Assembly (NCBI RefSeq): GCF_000186885.1
Contig: NC_014972.1
Span: forward strand, 390,001 to 422,000
Direction: 5' to 3'
DNA: 32,000 nucleotides
Source of the DNA: Desulfobulbus propionicus DSM 2032
GTDB lineage: Bacteria > Desulfobacterota > Desulfobulbia > Desulfobulbales > Desulfobulbaceae
Shown here: one piece after another, positions 30,071-32,000 of the stretch
Position numbering within the stretch: the first letter of the stretch is position 1
Layout of the letters: each line of letters begins with the position of its first letter
The notes under the pieces: generated by a model
Databases searched by the model: none
What the model saw: the letters and a program-made list of their open reading frames with translations, nothing else
What the model was told of the DNA's origin: nothing
Position numbers and translations under genes: made by a program

Positions 30071-31477
30071 TTAGCTGAAAAGAACCATGACCGCTTTACC
30101 AGTGCCGATAATGCACAGTATGGCAAAGAAAAAATTCATTACCTTCACAACTGAATCAAACGGCGCCATATCAAGAACCATTGGATCAGTTATGAAACGG
30201 CTCGACAAATCAACAGTAATTTTTGGAGGATATTCACAACCGCTGCCTTCAACGTAGCCGAGGCAATCAAGAAGCAGGTTGGGGAGTTGATATAGGGCTG
30301 TTTCTTGGAATGCGACTGAGGCATTCAAGATTTGCTCATAATTAATGCATGAAGACAGGCCGTCGGACAGGTCACATGTAGGGGTATACCAAGAGGTTGG
30401 GACTGGATAGTTAGGTTCAGATTCGGGATCAGGTTCCGATTGATTTGCGGCGGATTGAGCAGCGGTAACTGCTGCCTGCAATGCAGCAATTTGGGCAGTA
30501 GCATTATCAGCGTTTGAATTGACAATCTCTTGAGCAACCGTAGCGGCAGCTTGTGCAACTGAAGTTGCATTATCCTTGAGAGCTTGCGCGACTTCGGCAG
30601 CGGTAAGGGTGGGCTCTGTCAGGGTGTCAACGGATGCGCCCGGAACCGCATCGGCAATTTTCTTTTTCGCGTCGGGCAAATCTTTAATGGCTTGCTGTAA
30701 ATCCGAAGCAACTTCAGGCGCCGGGCTTACAAGACCATCGGCCAAGCCGGGATAGCTGACGCCGGGTGATGGTTTGTATGTCGGTTCCTTTGTCTCAAGA
30801 CTCCCTTTCGCTATCCAAACTCTATAGGTGGTAGCTCCGTAGGAATTGACGGAAGTATCATTCAAATCGAGAAAAACAGCCTGAGAGGGAGTTGCATAGA
30901 TAAGCGTAGAATAAACAGATTTAGGGTATGTGGACCCGTTGTTGTTGAAATAAGTGAGAGTCGTGTAATTGGCAGCGTATGGAGCTTGTGTGATCTCAAA
31001 AAATGTACCGTCCGTAAGTTCGAGAACAACACCGACAAAAAAATCTGATGGATTCACGGAGACAGGCAAAGAGTTAGCTTCTATCAAGTTCTTGAGGCTA
31101 GTGTATGCACCGGATGCGGAGGTTCTAACCTGATCTACAATATCAGCAATTGACGCACCCACAGCGGCAGCCTTAGCCGCATAGTAATTTTGAGCCGTGG
31201 TAAGAGATTGAGGGGTGAAAAGGGCACCAACGGCCTGAGCAAGATAAGAGGGCTGGAACACAGCGTCGGCCGCCGTGGCGACGGCACCGGAAGCCGTCTT
31301 GACATATTGGGGTATTTGCCCGGTTTGGGCGTAATAGGTTCCGGCGGAAGTTGCCGCCATGGATGCACCAATGGCAGCGGCCGCTATGAGGGCAACGGGA
31401 ACGGCAGAGTGACTTTGCGGCGGTTGCGCAAAGGTGCAGCAGTAGAAAAAGACGGTGAGCAGGGCGATCCGTTTCAT
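30071..31477 (-). CDS. adsorption/attachment-like minor coat protein (pIII/TspB-like layout)
   Basis: 468 aa; signal peptide MKRIALLTVFFYCCTFAQPPQSHSA, Ala-rich middle with Glu/Asp/Pro linker, C-terminal TM MNFFFAILCIIGTGKAVMVLF. Confidence 0.6.
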   Translation of the reverse strand: MKRIALLTVFFYCCTFAQPPQSHSAVPVALIAAAAIGASMAATSAGTYYAQTGQIPQYVKTASGAVATAADAVFQPSYLAQAVGALFTPQSLTTAQNYYAAKAAAVGASIADIVDQVRTSASGAYTSLKNLIEANSLPVSVNPSDFFVGVVLELTDGTFFEITQAPYAANYTTLTYFNNNGSTYPKSVYSTLIYATPSQAVFLDLNDTSVNSYGATTYRVWIAKGSLETKEPTYKPSPGVSYPGLADGLVSPAPEVASDLQQAIKDLPDAKKKIADAVPGASVDTLTEPTLTAAEVAQALKDNATSVAQAAATVAQEIVNSNADNATAQIAALQAAVTAAQSAANQSEPDPESEPNYPVPTSWYTPTCDLSDGLSSCINYEQILNASVAFQETALYQLPNLLLDCLGYVEGSGCEYPPKITVDLSSRFITDPMVLDMAPFDSVVKVMNFFFAILCIIGTGKAVMVLFS

Positions 31478-31872
31478 CTTTTAGCCCCCTTGACCAGCTG
31501 CCCGCCGGTGAGATCGTCGCCGCACTGACAGCGGAAATGCTCGTCAAAGGGTTGGAAGTCCTGACCGATGCAGACGAAGCGGAACATATCGCCGCGCTCC
31601 GCACACGACCGCTCACAGATAGCGAGATATTCCCGGCAGGGCTTGGCCTGCTTGATCCGCATCGAGGGGCTGGTTGTGGTGGTGTAGGGAAACCCGCCGC
31701 CAAAGGTGCCGGTATTGCCCGGCGTGTCCTGAGCAGGGTTGGAGGCGGACGCCGAGCTGGATTGCGGGGTAGAAGGGGTCCGAGAGTAGGTGACGCCGCC
31801 GTTAGCGCTGTTGAGCCCAAAGCCGAAGATGTTCAGGAAAGCAAGACAAAGAAGAAAAAAGATATTAGGCAT
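31474..31872 (-). CDS. secreted Cys-rich protein, stop overlapping the start of the adsorption-like gene
   Basis: MPNIFFLLCLAFLNIFGFGLNSANG signal, Ser/Thr/Gly linker, CREYLAICERSCAERGDMFRFVCIGQDFQPFDEHFRCQC. Confidence 0.6.
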   Translation of the reverse strand: MPNIFFLLCLAFLNIFGFGLNSANGGVTYSRTPSTPQSSSASASNPAQDTPGNTGTFGGGFPYTTTTSPSMRIKQAKPCREYLAICERSCAERGDMFRFVCIGQDFQPFDEHFRCQCGDDLTGGQLVKGAKR

Positions 31873-32000
31873 GGCAGGCACCTGGATTAATGATTTCTCG
31901 GTAATCGTGAATAAAGGAGGATTCGGTTATCGCCTGATGTTTTTCCCTCAGTTCCTGAACGGCGGTCCTGTAATATATTTGCGGATCAAGGCCGAGGGGT
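31865..32000 (-). CDS. C-terminal 44 codons of an ORF extending past the window
   Basis: ...PLGLDPQIYYRTAVQELREKHQAITESSFIHDYREIINPGACHA*; overlaps start of next ORF by 8 nt. Confidence 0.5.
   Translation of the reverse strand, partial: PLGLDPQIYYRTAVQELREKHQAITESSFIHDYREIINPGACHA

Larger units (their letters stand above)
25573..32000. mobile_element. inovirus-like (filamentous phage) prophage integrated at tRNA-Glu, truncated by the window edge
   Basis: tyrosine recombinase abutting the tRNA 3' end, Xis-like HTH ORF, Rep_trans-like initiator, tiny hydrophobic proteins, pVI/DUF2523-like protein, adsorption-like protein with signal peptide and C-terminal TM, all on minus strand. Confidence 0.75.

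Noticed and set aside
25573-32000. CRISPR array, retron or diversity-generating retroelement
   Set aside because: No regularly spaced repeats seen, and no reverse transcriptase motif (YxDD context) in any ORF of the track.
25573-32000. Tailed-phage prophage
   Set aside because: No terminase, portal, capsid or tail proteins in the visible 6.4 kb; small membrane proteins and Rep_trans-like initiator fit a filamentous phage better, although the unseen right part could change this.

Overview
The window is chromosomal DNA of a GC-rich bacterium, probably a sulfate-reducing or related deltaproteobacterium judging from gene content, followed by the start of an integrated mobile element. From 1 to about 25.2 kb it holds a lactate/acetate metabolism cluster: ackA, pta, a fused LUD/Fe-S lactate dehydrogenase, lutC, lactate permease, a GntR regulator, and glcD-like and glcF-like genes. 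After that come a PKD-repeat secreted protein, a nitroreductase, a LOG-family protein, class I fumarase, hemW-like, radC, gatB, and two RdgC-like fragments separated by a TPR gene. Two tRNA genes follow, Lys-TTT (25401-25476) and Glu-TTC (25495-25572). A tyrosine recombinase gene begins 27 bp past the 3' end of tRNA-Glu, and from there to the right edge all convincing genes are on the minus strand. They form a compact set that looks like an inovirus-like (filamentous phage) prophage: Xis-like HTH ORF, Rep_trans/pII-like replication initiator with a C-terminal Cys-rich tail, small HTH and zinc-ribbon-like proteins, several tiny hydrophobic proteins (two of them, 39 and 26 aa, absent from the supplied ORF track), a pVI/DUF2523-like membrane protein, a signal-peptide plus C-terminal-TM adsorption-like protein, and a secreted Cys-rich protein. 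No Zot/pI-type ATPase is visible, and the element runs off the right edge. All homology calls are made from memory of family motifs; no searches were run.
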